From the human T2T-CHM13v2.0 reference genome, Homo sapiens, in the NCBI RefSeq assembly GCF_009914755.1, contig NC_060931.1: 64,000 nucleotides of DNA; one strand, 5' to 3'. The notes under the pieces are model-generated. The model did no database searches. It was not told the origin of the DNA and saw nothing but the letters and a program-made list of their open reading frames with translations. Below, in pieces: positions 24,662 through 37,329 of the stretch; position 1 is the first letter of the stretch, and each line of letters starts with the position of its first letter. The position numbers and the translations under genes were made by a program.

Positions 24662-24912
24662 AGCCTCGCTCTGTCACCCATGCTTGAGTGCAACCTCTGC
24701 CCACTGTGTTCAAGCGATTCTCCTGCCTCAGCCTCCTGAGTAGCTGGGAGTACAGGCGTGCATCACCACACCCAGCTAATTTTTGTATTTTTAGTAGAGA
24801 CAAGGTTTTGCCATGTTGACCAGGCTGGTCTCAAACTCCTGACCTCAGGTGATCCGCCCACCTCGGCCTCCCAAAGTGCTGGGATTACAGGTGTGCGTCT
24901 CCGCGCCCGGCC
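24662..24912 (-). mobile_element. AluS, tail-less with internal deletion; probably within the alpha-isoform 3'UTR
   Basis: Antisense Alu sequence upstream of AATAAA 25043/25074. Confidence 0.88.
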
Positions 24913-25929
24913 AGTTACATAAGATTTTAAAAAATGTATTGTAATAGGCTCTCTGATTGTTTAGAAGGTTTCATGTTGTGCCCGCAGTATTTTCATCCAC
25001 TGGTAATCACTTTAGGTAATCAAAACTAGTTCAGACTTTTAAAATAAATAGTTGCTTGGTGACATGATAAACTAATAAATGTTATTCTTATTGGTTAATA
25101 TGAAACATCTATCAAAAGTGAAAAAAGAAGAATGCAGAATGTTTGTAAACTGATTCCAAAATTACACAAAATAGCAACTGTGAAAAAAATGAAGGCAATA
25201 TATGAAAATAATAACAGCTATGTGGCATAATTATGGGGGAATTTAACTTATTTCAAAAATTCATTTACTGTCCCTGTTTTTCAGTTGTTTAAAGGAGAAA
25301 GAGATTAAATCAATGTAGAAATAGGTGTGAAACTGCTTTATGTATGGTTTGCTGGGTCAGGATAAAGGGTAACCAATAGGATGAAAAGTAGCACAGTAAA
25401 CTAGATTAATCATATACTCTTCAGTTTATTGGAAAATGGCTTATGGAGAAGGGGAGAGTTCAAATACAGGCAGGGTGATGGAAGCTGTAGCACCATGACA
25501 GCCCTCTCCTCTCACCACCATAGACTGCAGTTATGGAACCAAGCCCTTGGAGGGGGCCCTGGGTAAGAAAGGTAGGACATCCAGCAGGTCTCATTCCTGA
25601 TCAGCTGTCTAAGAGGCCCCAGACTCTGTTATATCATACAGCCTAACCCACACAGTTAACAGTTTTATGCTGCTCAAAATATCCTGCAAGCCACTAACCA
25701 ACGAAAGAAGACATAATGAAGTGTATCCCTCCTCCCTGGTGATAGAATCTATACCCACTTCACTCCACAACCTGCCCTCACATATCCCTTCCATCCCCTC
25801 CTCTCCATTAGTCATTTATCTTCCACTTATACAAAGTTCTAGAACCTGTGAAACCAATCAATGGTATTAAAAAATCAGGTCAGCAGTTTCTTAGGGCAGG
25901 GGTGAATTCTAACTAAACAGCAACATGAA

Positions 25930-26400
25930 GGCACTAACACCCTTTTCCTCACTTGGACTATTGCAGTAGCTAACTCTGCATCAGCCCATGCCCACTTCAA
26001 TCTGTTCTCAACACAGCAGCCAAGTGTTGCTATTCAAATGAAAATTTGGTGACATCGTACTTCAACTTCAAATCATCCAATAACTCCCCACCTCACTCTA
26101 AGTAAAAGCCACATTCCTTACAGTAAGCACAAGGCTCTATGGAGCTGGGCTCCAAGCTCCTTCTGGAACTTCCCTTCCTACCATTCGCCCCAACAATGCC
26201 TGCTTCTTAAACATACCCTCACACTTTTCATTAGCTAACACACAACGTATATGTTTGTTTATTTTGCTATTGTCTCTCTTTCTCCACTTGAACGTAAACT
26301 CTCTGGTGGTGAAGGCTTTGAGTGATTAACTGCAGCATCCCCACCTCTAGAACAATGCTGGCCCTTAACAAACAGCCAACAGATATTGTTGGATGGACTT
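25930..26400 (+). mobile_element. L2 fragment
   Basis: tgttctcaacacagcagcc...tctagaacaatgctggc motifs. Confidence 0.6.
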
Positions 26401-26442
26401 CGATGAGTGTGATCCAGGATACTTCTAAGACCAGAAATATTC

Positions 26443-26760
26443 TTTTTTGCTTTCTTTCTTTTCTTTTTCTTTTTTTTTTTTTGAGACCGAGTCTCACTCT
26501 GTCACCCAGGCTGGAGTGCAGTGGCATGATCTTCACTCACTGCAACCTCCGCCTCCTGGGATAAGCAGTTATCCTGCCTCAGGCTCCTGAGTAGCTGGGA
26601 TTACAGGCACGCACCACCACGCCCAGCTAATTTTTGTATTTTTAGTAGAGACAGGGTTTCACCATGTTGGTCAGGCTGGTCTTGACCTCCTGACCTTGTG
26701 ATCTGCCTGCCCTAGCCTCCCAAAGTGCTGGGATTACAGGGGTGAGCCACCGCGCCCAGC
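26443..26760 (-). mobile_element. AluS (Sc/Sg-like)
   Basis: Antisense Alu; imperfect TSD gacc(a/t)gaaat(a/g)ttctttt. Confidence 0.93.
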
Positions 26761-28134
26761 GAGACCTGAAATGTTCTTTTCTGGACTCCTGGATTTAGAA
26801 TAACTACAAACTAGTTTTGTTTCACTAATGTTCAAGAAGAATTTCTAGCGTCAGTGAATAAAGGTTCATGTCATAGGGTGTGAGTTTCACTCTGCTACTT
26901 GTTTTGACCTGGTGTGCCAATGCAGCAGGTTTCCAAGCTGCCCCACTAGTAGGAGACATGGCAGTGAGCACCTGCAGGCCCCTGGGGAAGCCAAGGAAAC
27001 CCACACTGATTCTGTGATAAAGCCTGTGAAAGCTCTGTGAAATGTTAAAAGTGGTATGCAAATCTAAGGCATCATTATTATTAAGGGAGTTTCGGCCACA
27101 CCACATCAATGGAGAACCTCTTTGGTAATTATGAAGGAAGAGTTATCATCACAATATTATTCTTTGAAAACACAGGGTTGCTTTATTGCAGCCCTCACGG
27201 GCACGTCTTAACCATCACTGTGCTTTCTCCCTATGATGCGCCCCGTTGGTCTTCCTCGGAGACCTCTTATGTTGTATTTATACTACTTAGAGGACTGGAC
27301 AATAAGGAAATTGGTGTATTACATTAAGCTGCCGGCCACTGGATTAAATTAAGTTCTAAGAAGTGATTATCCAAAGTCGAAGTTAGGTCAGAGTAAATTT
27401 TACACACAAACACACACACACTAATGCACACACATTTTGAATGTCTGTGTCAATTAAACATCTCACTCTGTATTTGGAATTTTGAAAAATCATTTATAGC
27501 AACACTGTAATAGTTGGGAACAGAAAGGGAATTTCTCCAAGGGAATTTCCTTGGCTGAAATTTAGACAGAAAATCAAAGGTAACACACAGACTACCTCAT
27601 GCAAAAAACATGATTGGATATTTTATAAACCTGCTTAATCAAGCTCACATTTGTAGCGCTTGATGTTAAATTCTAAGCCACTAACTTCTTTCAGAGTAAT
27701 GGTCCTTCTCCTTTGATAGATCAGGGCCCCTTTGAGAATCTGATTGAGAAAGGGAAAAATAAACCACCATAACTCTTTAGAGAAGTATACAAATTCACTT
27801 ATACAAAAAGACTTACACGTACTCTTGAGGGAGTCATAGACCCCCGAAGCCATTTGTGGGTCCTTATTTTAGATGTAACAAAGGAACAAATGGATGATAA
27901 CAGCTAATCCTCACAAGATCCATATAAGATTAAGACATTTATTCTCCTGTTTTACAGTTGAGCTGTAAAATACACTGAAGCACAGGGAGGTTAAGTAATA
28001 GGTAGGCACAGTGAAGCCAGAACCCAGACCACTCATCCTTCTGCCTCATTCTTGTAACCACCAGGCTATATTGCTTCAAGATTACACTGCCGGGAGGTGG
28101 AGCTAAAACCGATTCCAGATCAGGCTTCAAACCT

Positions 28135-29020
<886 letters not shown>

Positions 29021-29623
29021 TGAAAAAAAATTAATAAATAAAAGAATAGTGACAAAGAGGAATTTGGCCTCTCAGAGTCAGAAGGATCATACCCTTTAAA
29101 ATGGCTATAATGGTAAATTCTGTATTATGCATATTTTTCCACAATTTTAAAAACAAAACACAACTAGCCTTTTTTGGAAAACCACACTCACACTGTCTTC
29201 TTGGGAAAGAAATTCAAACCATACTCCAAATCGAAGCTCTCATGTGGGTTAAAACCACTTTTGTTCCTGTAAGTTGTTTATTTTTATACTATTGTATAAA
29301 TAACTAGTAGAATTCTCTTTTATAAATTTAGGTCACTGTTACTTAGCAGGACATTCCAAGGTTTTAAAGAATATACTAAAAGGTCTTCTAAGACATAATA
29401 AAATATTTTTCCATGATATGGATAAGCATCTTGGTGATTTTTGTAAATTAAAATTATTCCTAAGCCTTTCCTTCCTCCCAAAATAAGGAAAATGCCTATA
29501 GAAGATACTGATTTTCCTAAGTGCTATCAAATAAGTGATCTCAATGTATTATTTACCAAGAATAAAAATAGGTAAGCTATTATGCCCTTATGGAAAAAAA
29601 TAAACTAATTATTGCAGCATTTT

Positions 29624-29665
29624 CTCTTCTTACCCACCATTTACTCTTCTTACCCACCATTTACT
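29624..29665. repeat. Perfect 2x20-bp tandem duplication CTCTTCTTACCCACCATTTA
   Basis: Direct reading. Confidence 0.95.
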
Positions 29666-29737
29666 TCATCATTTATTTTTTATTGTAAATTTCTCCACAA
29701 ATACTTAAATGATTAGCTTGTTAATAAAGTTAAGTAA

Positions 29738-29868
29738 AGCTGGGAGTGGTGGCTCACACTGTAATCCCAGCTACTTGGGAGGCTACAGTGGGAGAATCAC
29801 GTGAGACCAGGAGCTCAATACCAGCTGGGCAACATAGCAAGACCTTGTCTGTAAATAAAATAATAAAA
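29738..29868 (+). mobile_element. FLAM (free left Alu monomer)
   Basis: Single Alu arm with A-rich tail. Confidence 0.85.
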
Positions 29869-30650
29869 TGATTTTTTAAAAGTTCAATGAAGAGAAAAGG
29901 TATTAAATGATGATAAATAATTTTATGTTATCTCTAATTCTTAACCTTCATGTTAACTTATTTAGAAGTGACAATGAAGAGATTCCAGGCCATAAAAAGA
30001 AAACATTTTACCATTATTATGTTATTATTTCACGTTCCTAATTAGGTAGTACACGTGGGTTCATTTTAGCAGAGTTTACATTTTGAAAGTGTTTCTTTTC
30101 TAAAGGGTCTTAACCCAAGCATTCATGCATTCACATGAGTAGATTTCTGCAAGCTGGAAAGAAGGGTCAACGAGCAGGTGAGTCACCCATTAAAAGTGAC
30201 TTCTAAGTTCCTGATATTTTGCTATTTGTCATCCCCCTTGACAAAAAAGAAAGCATTCTCGGACCAGTGACGTGGTCTGACAGTAACCCCACATTGTTGA
30301 GCCCTGGAACCCATGTCGACCCAGAAGAACATTAAGCCAATTGGCTTTCAACATCACAGTCAGGTAGTTAAGAAACAAAAGGCCTATGTTTCCCGTTCAA
30401 CTACCATGGTGACCTTATTATAAAAGATGACCAGCTAAAATTTGATAGCCTAAAAGAAATGACACTGAAGAGTAGTGAGAAGTTCTCAGACTGTATTCTT
30501 GGAGTACTAGGGTACTAGGGTCTCCAAGGAGCCTCTCAAGGACTGAGAGAGGTGGGGAAGTGAGGTGGACAAGCAGGTAGGGCCGTACCCCCAACTCCCC
30601 TGCCAATTCAAGCAATGCAGTGATCCATTTATCTGGATGAGATAGAGATG

Positions 30651-30654
<4 letters not shown>

Positions 30655-30700
<46 letters not shown>

Positions 30701-30750
30701 GATACATACATACATACATACATACATACATACATACATACATACAGATA
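30655..30750. repeat. Compound tetranucleotide STR (GATA)11 GA GATA (CATA)10
   Basis: Direct reading. Confidence 0.96.
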
Positions 30751-30804
30751 TAGATATACAAGCTTCCAGATGAGCTTCTATTTGTTGAAAGGATTTTGCA
30801 GTTA

Positions 30805-31125
<321 letters not shown>

Positions 31126-31219
31126 GTTGACGATAACAGCACTACATCATGGAGTACATGTCACCGATGAGCCCCAAATCCAACTGAGGCAACCTTTTGG
31201 AAGGCAGTGAGTGGGAACT
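31126..31219 (+). repeat. 94-bp dispersed local duplication, copy 1
   Basis: 89/94 identical to 36414-36507. Confidence 0.95.
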
Positions 31220-32601
31220 TGTGTTCTCGTAGGTTTTCTATGCCACACTTGCCCCCAGGTTACTAGAACTCTCTGTGCTGACACGCTTTCCCAGAAACTG
31301 TGTTATGCCTGGTAATGGACCCTCTCAAATGCTTGAGGCTTTGTATTATTTTCCTTTCTTTTCCTGCTGCCCTCTATGTTTACGGCAAGTCCCATAACCA
31401 TCACTGGTGAGAATCTAGCTGATCTCCTCAGGTCCGTATCTCTGCCTAGCAATTCTGGGAGGGATGTTTTAAAGCACCCTCTTTTTCAAAGTCCAAAATA
31501 ATGACCTGGTGATGTATGGCTGTGCATGGAATTGTAAAGTAATCTGAAAAATGTCAGCAAAGTGTCAAGTAGAGACCTGTCTTCCTGGTGACCTTTGTTT
31601 GGTCAAATACCTAATTGTTTGGCTTTTAGCTTTGTGTAATCTGTGAAGTAGGATAGGAGATACTAGGAAATTCTTTCAATATTGTATTTTCTAGAAAAAA
31701 TAATACAACAAAGACGTATTGATAATCTACCACACTATCTACGTTGAGGTATCTGGAACCACAGTGGTATGAATTGCACTATCTCCCTAATCTTTACACT
31801 AATTCTGGCTAAAAGACAGCATCAGCTCAAATTTTCCTGATCAGTTTTTTAGCAGGCTTTGGCTGCCAAAATCTCTTCTGTGTTTTAAGTCTGAAGCAAT
31901 TACAGTTGAATATTTTGTTGTTGTTCACTATGAGGAGTATATCGGTTTTAGGTCACATGAATGATCTAGTAGAGATGTATTTTTCTAGTACACTTGATAG
32001 TACCTTGAATATGTACAGTACATGTAGGCCCATTTTATGGACCTCTGAGGCACAGTTTTTTCCCTTTTAAGTTATTAGATATTTCTGTGATTTATTTGAT
32101 GCACTCAGATACAAATTCATGCTATAATAAGTTAAATTGTAACATAATATCTACCTTAATCAAATATTTATAGTTTAGGCCAGGAGCCTGGCAAAGTAAA
32201 GATGACACAGATGTAATGCTTGATAAGTAAATAAATATGAGAAGAGATATATATTAAAACACCTGTGAAGTGAATCCCCTGTGAAGAAAAGAAGGTCTCT
32301 AACAATATAAACCTGTATCAGGAAACCCTGTGATTCTGATTCTGTGCACAGAAGGATACATGGAATTCTCAGACCTTTTCTAGTTGCAACCTTTTAATTG
32401 TTTGACTTTATATTCTGTCCTCTCAAATTCTCCTTAGACTGTGACGTGTTAATGCTCTCTTTTATATTTTCTAATTAAATTCCATACACATTAATTTGAG
32501 AACTGTTGGAGAGTATTGTGAAATCATTGAGCTAATGGGTCACATCACGTGGCTTCCTGAATAAGATTTGAGATCTGTTTGCTTTTGGAAAATAACATTC
32601 G

Positions 32602-35600
32602 CCTCTGCCCCTGCCCCTGCCCCTGCCCCTGCCCCTGCCCCTGCCTCTGCCTCTGCCTCTGCCTCGTCTCCCTCTGATGCCGAGCCAAACCTGGACTGTA
32701 CTGCTACCATCTCGGCTCACTGCAACCTCCCTGCCTGATTCTCCTGCCTCAGCCTGCCGAGTGCCTGCGATTGCAGGCGCACACCGCCACGCCTGACTGG
32801 TTTTCGTTTTTTTTTTGGTGGAGACGGGGTTTTGCTGTGTTGGCCGGGCTGGTCTCCAGCTCCTAACCGCGAGTGATCCGCCAGCCTCGGCCTCCCGAGG
32901 TGCCGGGATTGCAGACGGAGTCTCGTTCACTCAGTGCTCAATGGTGCCCAGGCTGGAGTGCAGTGGCGTGATCTCGGCTCGCTACAACCTCCACCTCCCA
33001 GCCGCCTGCCTTGGCCTCCCAAAGTGCCGAGATTGCAGCCTCTGCCCGGCCGCCACCCCGTCTGGGAAGTGAGGAGCGTCTCTGCCTGGCCCCCCATCGT
33101 CTGGGATATGAGGAGCCTCTCTGCCTGGCTGCACAGTCTGGAAAGTGAGGAGCGTCTCTGCCTGGCCGCCATCCCATCTAGGAAGCGAGGAGCGCCTCTT
33201 CCCCGCCGCCATCCCATCTAGGAAGTGAGGAGCGTCTCTGCCCGGCCGCCCATCGTCTGAGATGTGGGGAGCACCTCTGCCCCGCCGCCCTGTCTGGGAT
33301 GTGAGGAGCGCCTCTGCTGGGCCGCAACCCTGTCTGGGAGGTGAGGAGCGTCTCTGCCCGGCCGCCCCGTCTGAGAAGCGAGGAAACCCTCTGCCTGGCA
33401 ACCGCCCCGTCTGAGAAGTGAGGAGCCCCTCCGTCCGGCAGCCACCCCGTCTGGGAAATGAGGAGCGTCTCCGCCCGGCAGCCACCCCGTCCGGGAGGGA
33501 GGTGGGGGGGGGGGGGTCAGCCCCCCGCCCGGCCAGCCGCCCCGTCCGGGAGGTGAGGGACTCCTCTGCCCGGCCGCCACTACTGGGAAGTGAGGAGCCC
33601 CTCTGCCCGGCCAGTCGCCCCGTCCAGGAGGGAGGTGGGGGGGTCAGCCCCCCGCCCGGCCAGCCGCCCAGTCCGGGAGGTGAGGGGCGCCTCTGCCCGG
33701 CCGCCCCTACTGGGAAGTGAGGAGCCCCTCTGCCCGGCCAGCCGCCCCGTCCGGGAGGGAGGTGGGGGGGTCAGCCCCCCGCCCGGCTGGCCGCCCCGTC
33801 CGGGAGGTGTGGGGCGCCTCTGCCCGGCCGCCCCTACTAGGAAGTGAGGACCCCTCTGCCCGGCCAGCCGCCCCGTCCGGGAGGGAGGTGGGGGGGTCAG
33901 CCCCCCGCCCGGCCAGCCGCCCAGTCCGGGAGGGAGGGAGGGAGGTGGGGGGGTCAGCCCCCCGCCCGGCCAGCCGCCCCATCCGGGAGGGGGGTGGGGG
34001 GGGTCAGCCCCCTGCCCGGCCAGCCGCCCCGTCTGGGAGGGAGGTGGGGGGGGTCAGCCCCCCGCCCGGCCAGCCGCCCAGTCCGGGAGGGAGGTGGGGG
34101 GATCAGCCCCCCGCCTGGCCAGCCGCCCCGTCCGGGAGGGAGGTGGGGGGGTCAGGCCCCGCCTGGCCAGCCGCCCCGTCCGGGAGGGGGGTGGAGGGGT
34201 CAGCCCCCTGCCCGGCCAGCCGCCCCGTCCGGGAGGGAGGTGGGGGGATCAGCCCCCCGCCTGGCCAGCCGCCCCGTCCGGGAGGTGAGGGGCGCCTCTG
34301 CCCGGCCGCCCCTACTGGGAAGTGAGGAGCCCCTCTGCCCGGCCAGCCGCCCCGTCCGGGAGGGAGGTGGGGGGGTCAGCCCCCCGCCTGGCCAGCCGCC
34401 CCATCCGGGAGGGAGGTGGGGGGGTCAGCCCCCCGCCCGGCCAGCCGCCCCGTCCGGGAGGGAGGTGGGGGGATCAGCCCCCCGCCTGGCCAGCCGCCCC
34501 GTCCGGGAGGTGAGGGGCGCCTCTGCCCGGCCGCCCCTACTGGGAAGTGAGGAGCCCCTCTGCCCGGCCAGCCGCCCCGTCCGGGAGGGAGGTGGGGGGG
34601 TCAGCCCCCCGCCTGGCCAGCCGCCCCATCCGGGAGGGAGGTGGGGGGGTCAGCCCCCCGCCCGGCCAGCCGCCCCGTCCGGGAGGGAGGTGGGGGGATC
34701 AGCCCCCCGCCTGGCCAGCCGCCCCGTCCGGGAGGTGAGGGGTGCCTCTGCCCGGCCGCCCCTACTGGGAAGTGAGGAGCCCCTCTGCCCGGCCAGCCGC
34801 CCCGTCCGGGAGGGAGGCGGAGGGGGGGTCGGCCAGCCGCCCTGTCCGGGAGGGAGGTGGGGGGGTCAGCCCCCCGCCCGGCCGGCCGCCCCGTCCGGGA
34901 GGTGAGGGGCGCCTCTGCCCGGCCGCCCCTACTGGGAAGTGAGGACCCCTCTGCCCGGCCAGCCGCCCCGTCCGGGAGGGAGGTGGGGGGGTCAGCCCCC
35001 CCGCCCGGCCAGCCGCCCTATCCAGGAGGTGAGGGGCGCCTCTGCCCGGCCGCCCCTACTGGGAAGTGAGGACCCCTCTGCCTGGCCAGCCGCCCCGTCC
35101 GGGAGGATGGTGGGGGGGGTCAGCCCCCCACCCGGCCAGCTGCCCCATCCGGGAGGTGAGGGGCGCTTCTGCCCGGCCGCCCCTACTGGGAAGTGAGGAG
35201 CCCCTCTGCCCGGCCACGACCCCGTCTGGGAGGTGTGCCCAGCGGCTCATTGGGGATGGGCCATGATGACAATGGCGGTTTTGTGGAATAGAAAGGCGGG
35301 AAGGGTGGGGAAAAAAATTGAGAAATCGGATGGTTGCCGGGTCTGTGTGGATAGAAGTAGACATGGGAGACTTTTCATTTTGTTCTGTACTAAGAAAAAT
35401 TCTTCTGCCTTGGGATCCTGTTGATCTGTGACCTTATCCCCAACCCTGTGCTCTCTGAAACATGTGCTGTGTCCACTCAGGGTTAAATGGATTAAGGGCG
35501 GTGCAAGATGTGCTTTGTTAAACAGATGCTTGAAGGCAGCATGCTCGTTAAGAGTCATCACCACTCCCTAATCTTAAGTACCCAGGGACACAAACACTGA

Positions 35601-35756
35601 GGAAGGCCGCAGGGTCCTCTGCCTAGGAAAACCAGAGACCTTTGTTCACTTGTTTATCTGCTGACCTTCCCTCCACTATTGTCCTATGACCCTGCCAAAT
35701 CCCCCTCTGCGAGAAACACCCAAGAATGATCAATAAAAAAAAAAAAAAAAAGAAAA
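32602..35756 (+). mobile_element. Full-length SVA retrotransposon (probably SVA_E), sense to ABCB5
   Basis: Hexamer head 32601-32665, Alu-like domain to ~33038, GC-rich VNTR ~33039-35230, SINE-R, AATAAA 35732, poly(A). Perfect TSD GAAAATAACATTCG at 32588-32601 and 35757-35770. Confidence 0.97.
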
Positions 35757-36034
35757 GAAAATAACATTCGTAACTTTGAGGAAACAGAATAAATAGGAGA
35801 TTTATTAAATAAATATGAGCCAGTAGGCTAGGTGCCTGAGTGTTTTTGCCTTCGCGGTTGTCAGGTTTCTAATACATACCAACCCAACAACAGTGTTCTG
35901 GGACTCTCTTTTAAAGGGCTGTAGGCAAGTCCCAGGTCTCCAAGACCCAGAATAGAATTCAAACTTGAAGTGTGAAAGAGAGGAGTGGTATCAGCATAGG
36001 CTGAATATCTTACCTGTAAAAAGGAAGACAAATC

Positions 36035-36390
36035 AGACGAACTCAAATTGAGATATTCTACAAAACATCTAACCAGTGTTCTTTAAAACTATCAAGTTTA
36101 TCAAAAACAAGGACAATCTGAGAGACTGTAACAGCCAAGAGGAGCCTAAGGCGACATGATGACAAAATGTACTGGGATATTCAGGGATGGGGATCCTAGA
36201 ACAGAAAAAGAACGTGAGTTGAAAATTAGAGAAATCTGAATAAAATATGGAGTTCAGATAATGATGTGTCAATAGTGGTTCAGTAGTTGTGGCAAATGCA
36301 TCATAGAAATGTAAGATGTTAGAACGCAGGGTACATGGAAGCTTCCTGCACTATCTTTGCAATTTTTCTGTAAATCTAAAGCTATTCTAA
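36035..36390 (+). mobile_element. L1MC/MD-like 3' end
   Basis: ctatctttgcaatttttctgtaaatctaaagctattctaaaa terminus. Confidence 0.75.
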
Positions 36391-36413
36391 AAAAAAAAAA
36401 AGAAAAAAAAAAG

Positions 36414-36507
36414 GTTGATGTTAACAGCACTACACCATGGAGCACATGTCACCGATGAGCCCCAAATCCAACTGAGGCAACCTTCTGGAAGGCAGTGAGT
36501 GGGAACT
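36414..36507 (+). repeat. 94-bp dispersed local duplication, copy 2
   Basis: 89/94 identical to 31126-31219; interrupts an L1M 3' terminus. Confidence 0.95.
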
Positions 36508-36563
36508 CAGTGTTTACTTAAAAAAAAGACTCACATTTTTAACCAATTTTGTTATACCATTCA

Positions 36564-36990
<427 letters not shown>

Positions 36991-37329
36991 TCATTAGTTT
37001 AATAAAATATTCATAAACTTGACAATATCAGAAAATAAAGAAAGCACTAAGCATGTTAGTGCTTAGTATAACTCTCTTCTACTGTAGAGTAGGTTATACC
37101 ATAAAAATGACCCATAGAAACTTACATATGCTGATAATTAATTTCCAGTTAAAAATACCGAAATCTGCCTGTCTGCAACTCTATATCACAGTTGTCCCCA
37201 ATCTACTTTGTCATTATTTTTGCAGGGCATTCATTAAAATGTCTCAGTCTCATTCAGGATTCCTGCAGAACTTTAGAATGACCAACTGGGCTGCTGAATG
37301 TATTTGCTTCTTTTATTTGACTTTGATTT

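Noticed and set aside
30418-30761. Low-complexity ORFs MYVCMYVC/LSIYLSIY (also the K/E/R-rich ORFs at 46841-47203 and CV repeats at 41855-42243)
   Set aside because: Translations of microsatellites.
33039-35230. Regular repeat units superficially like a CRISPR array or a CpG-island promoter
   Set aside because: Tandem SVA VNTR units without unique spacers, in human DNA with no cas genes.
32815-35564. Many long Pro/Gly/Arg-rich ORFs (up to 353 aa) on both strands
   Set aside because: They arise from the stop-poor GC-rich SVA VNTR; no evidence of a gene.
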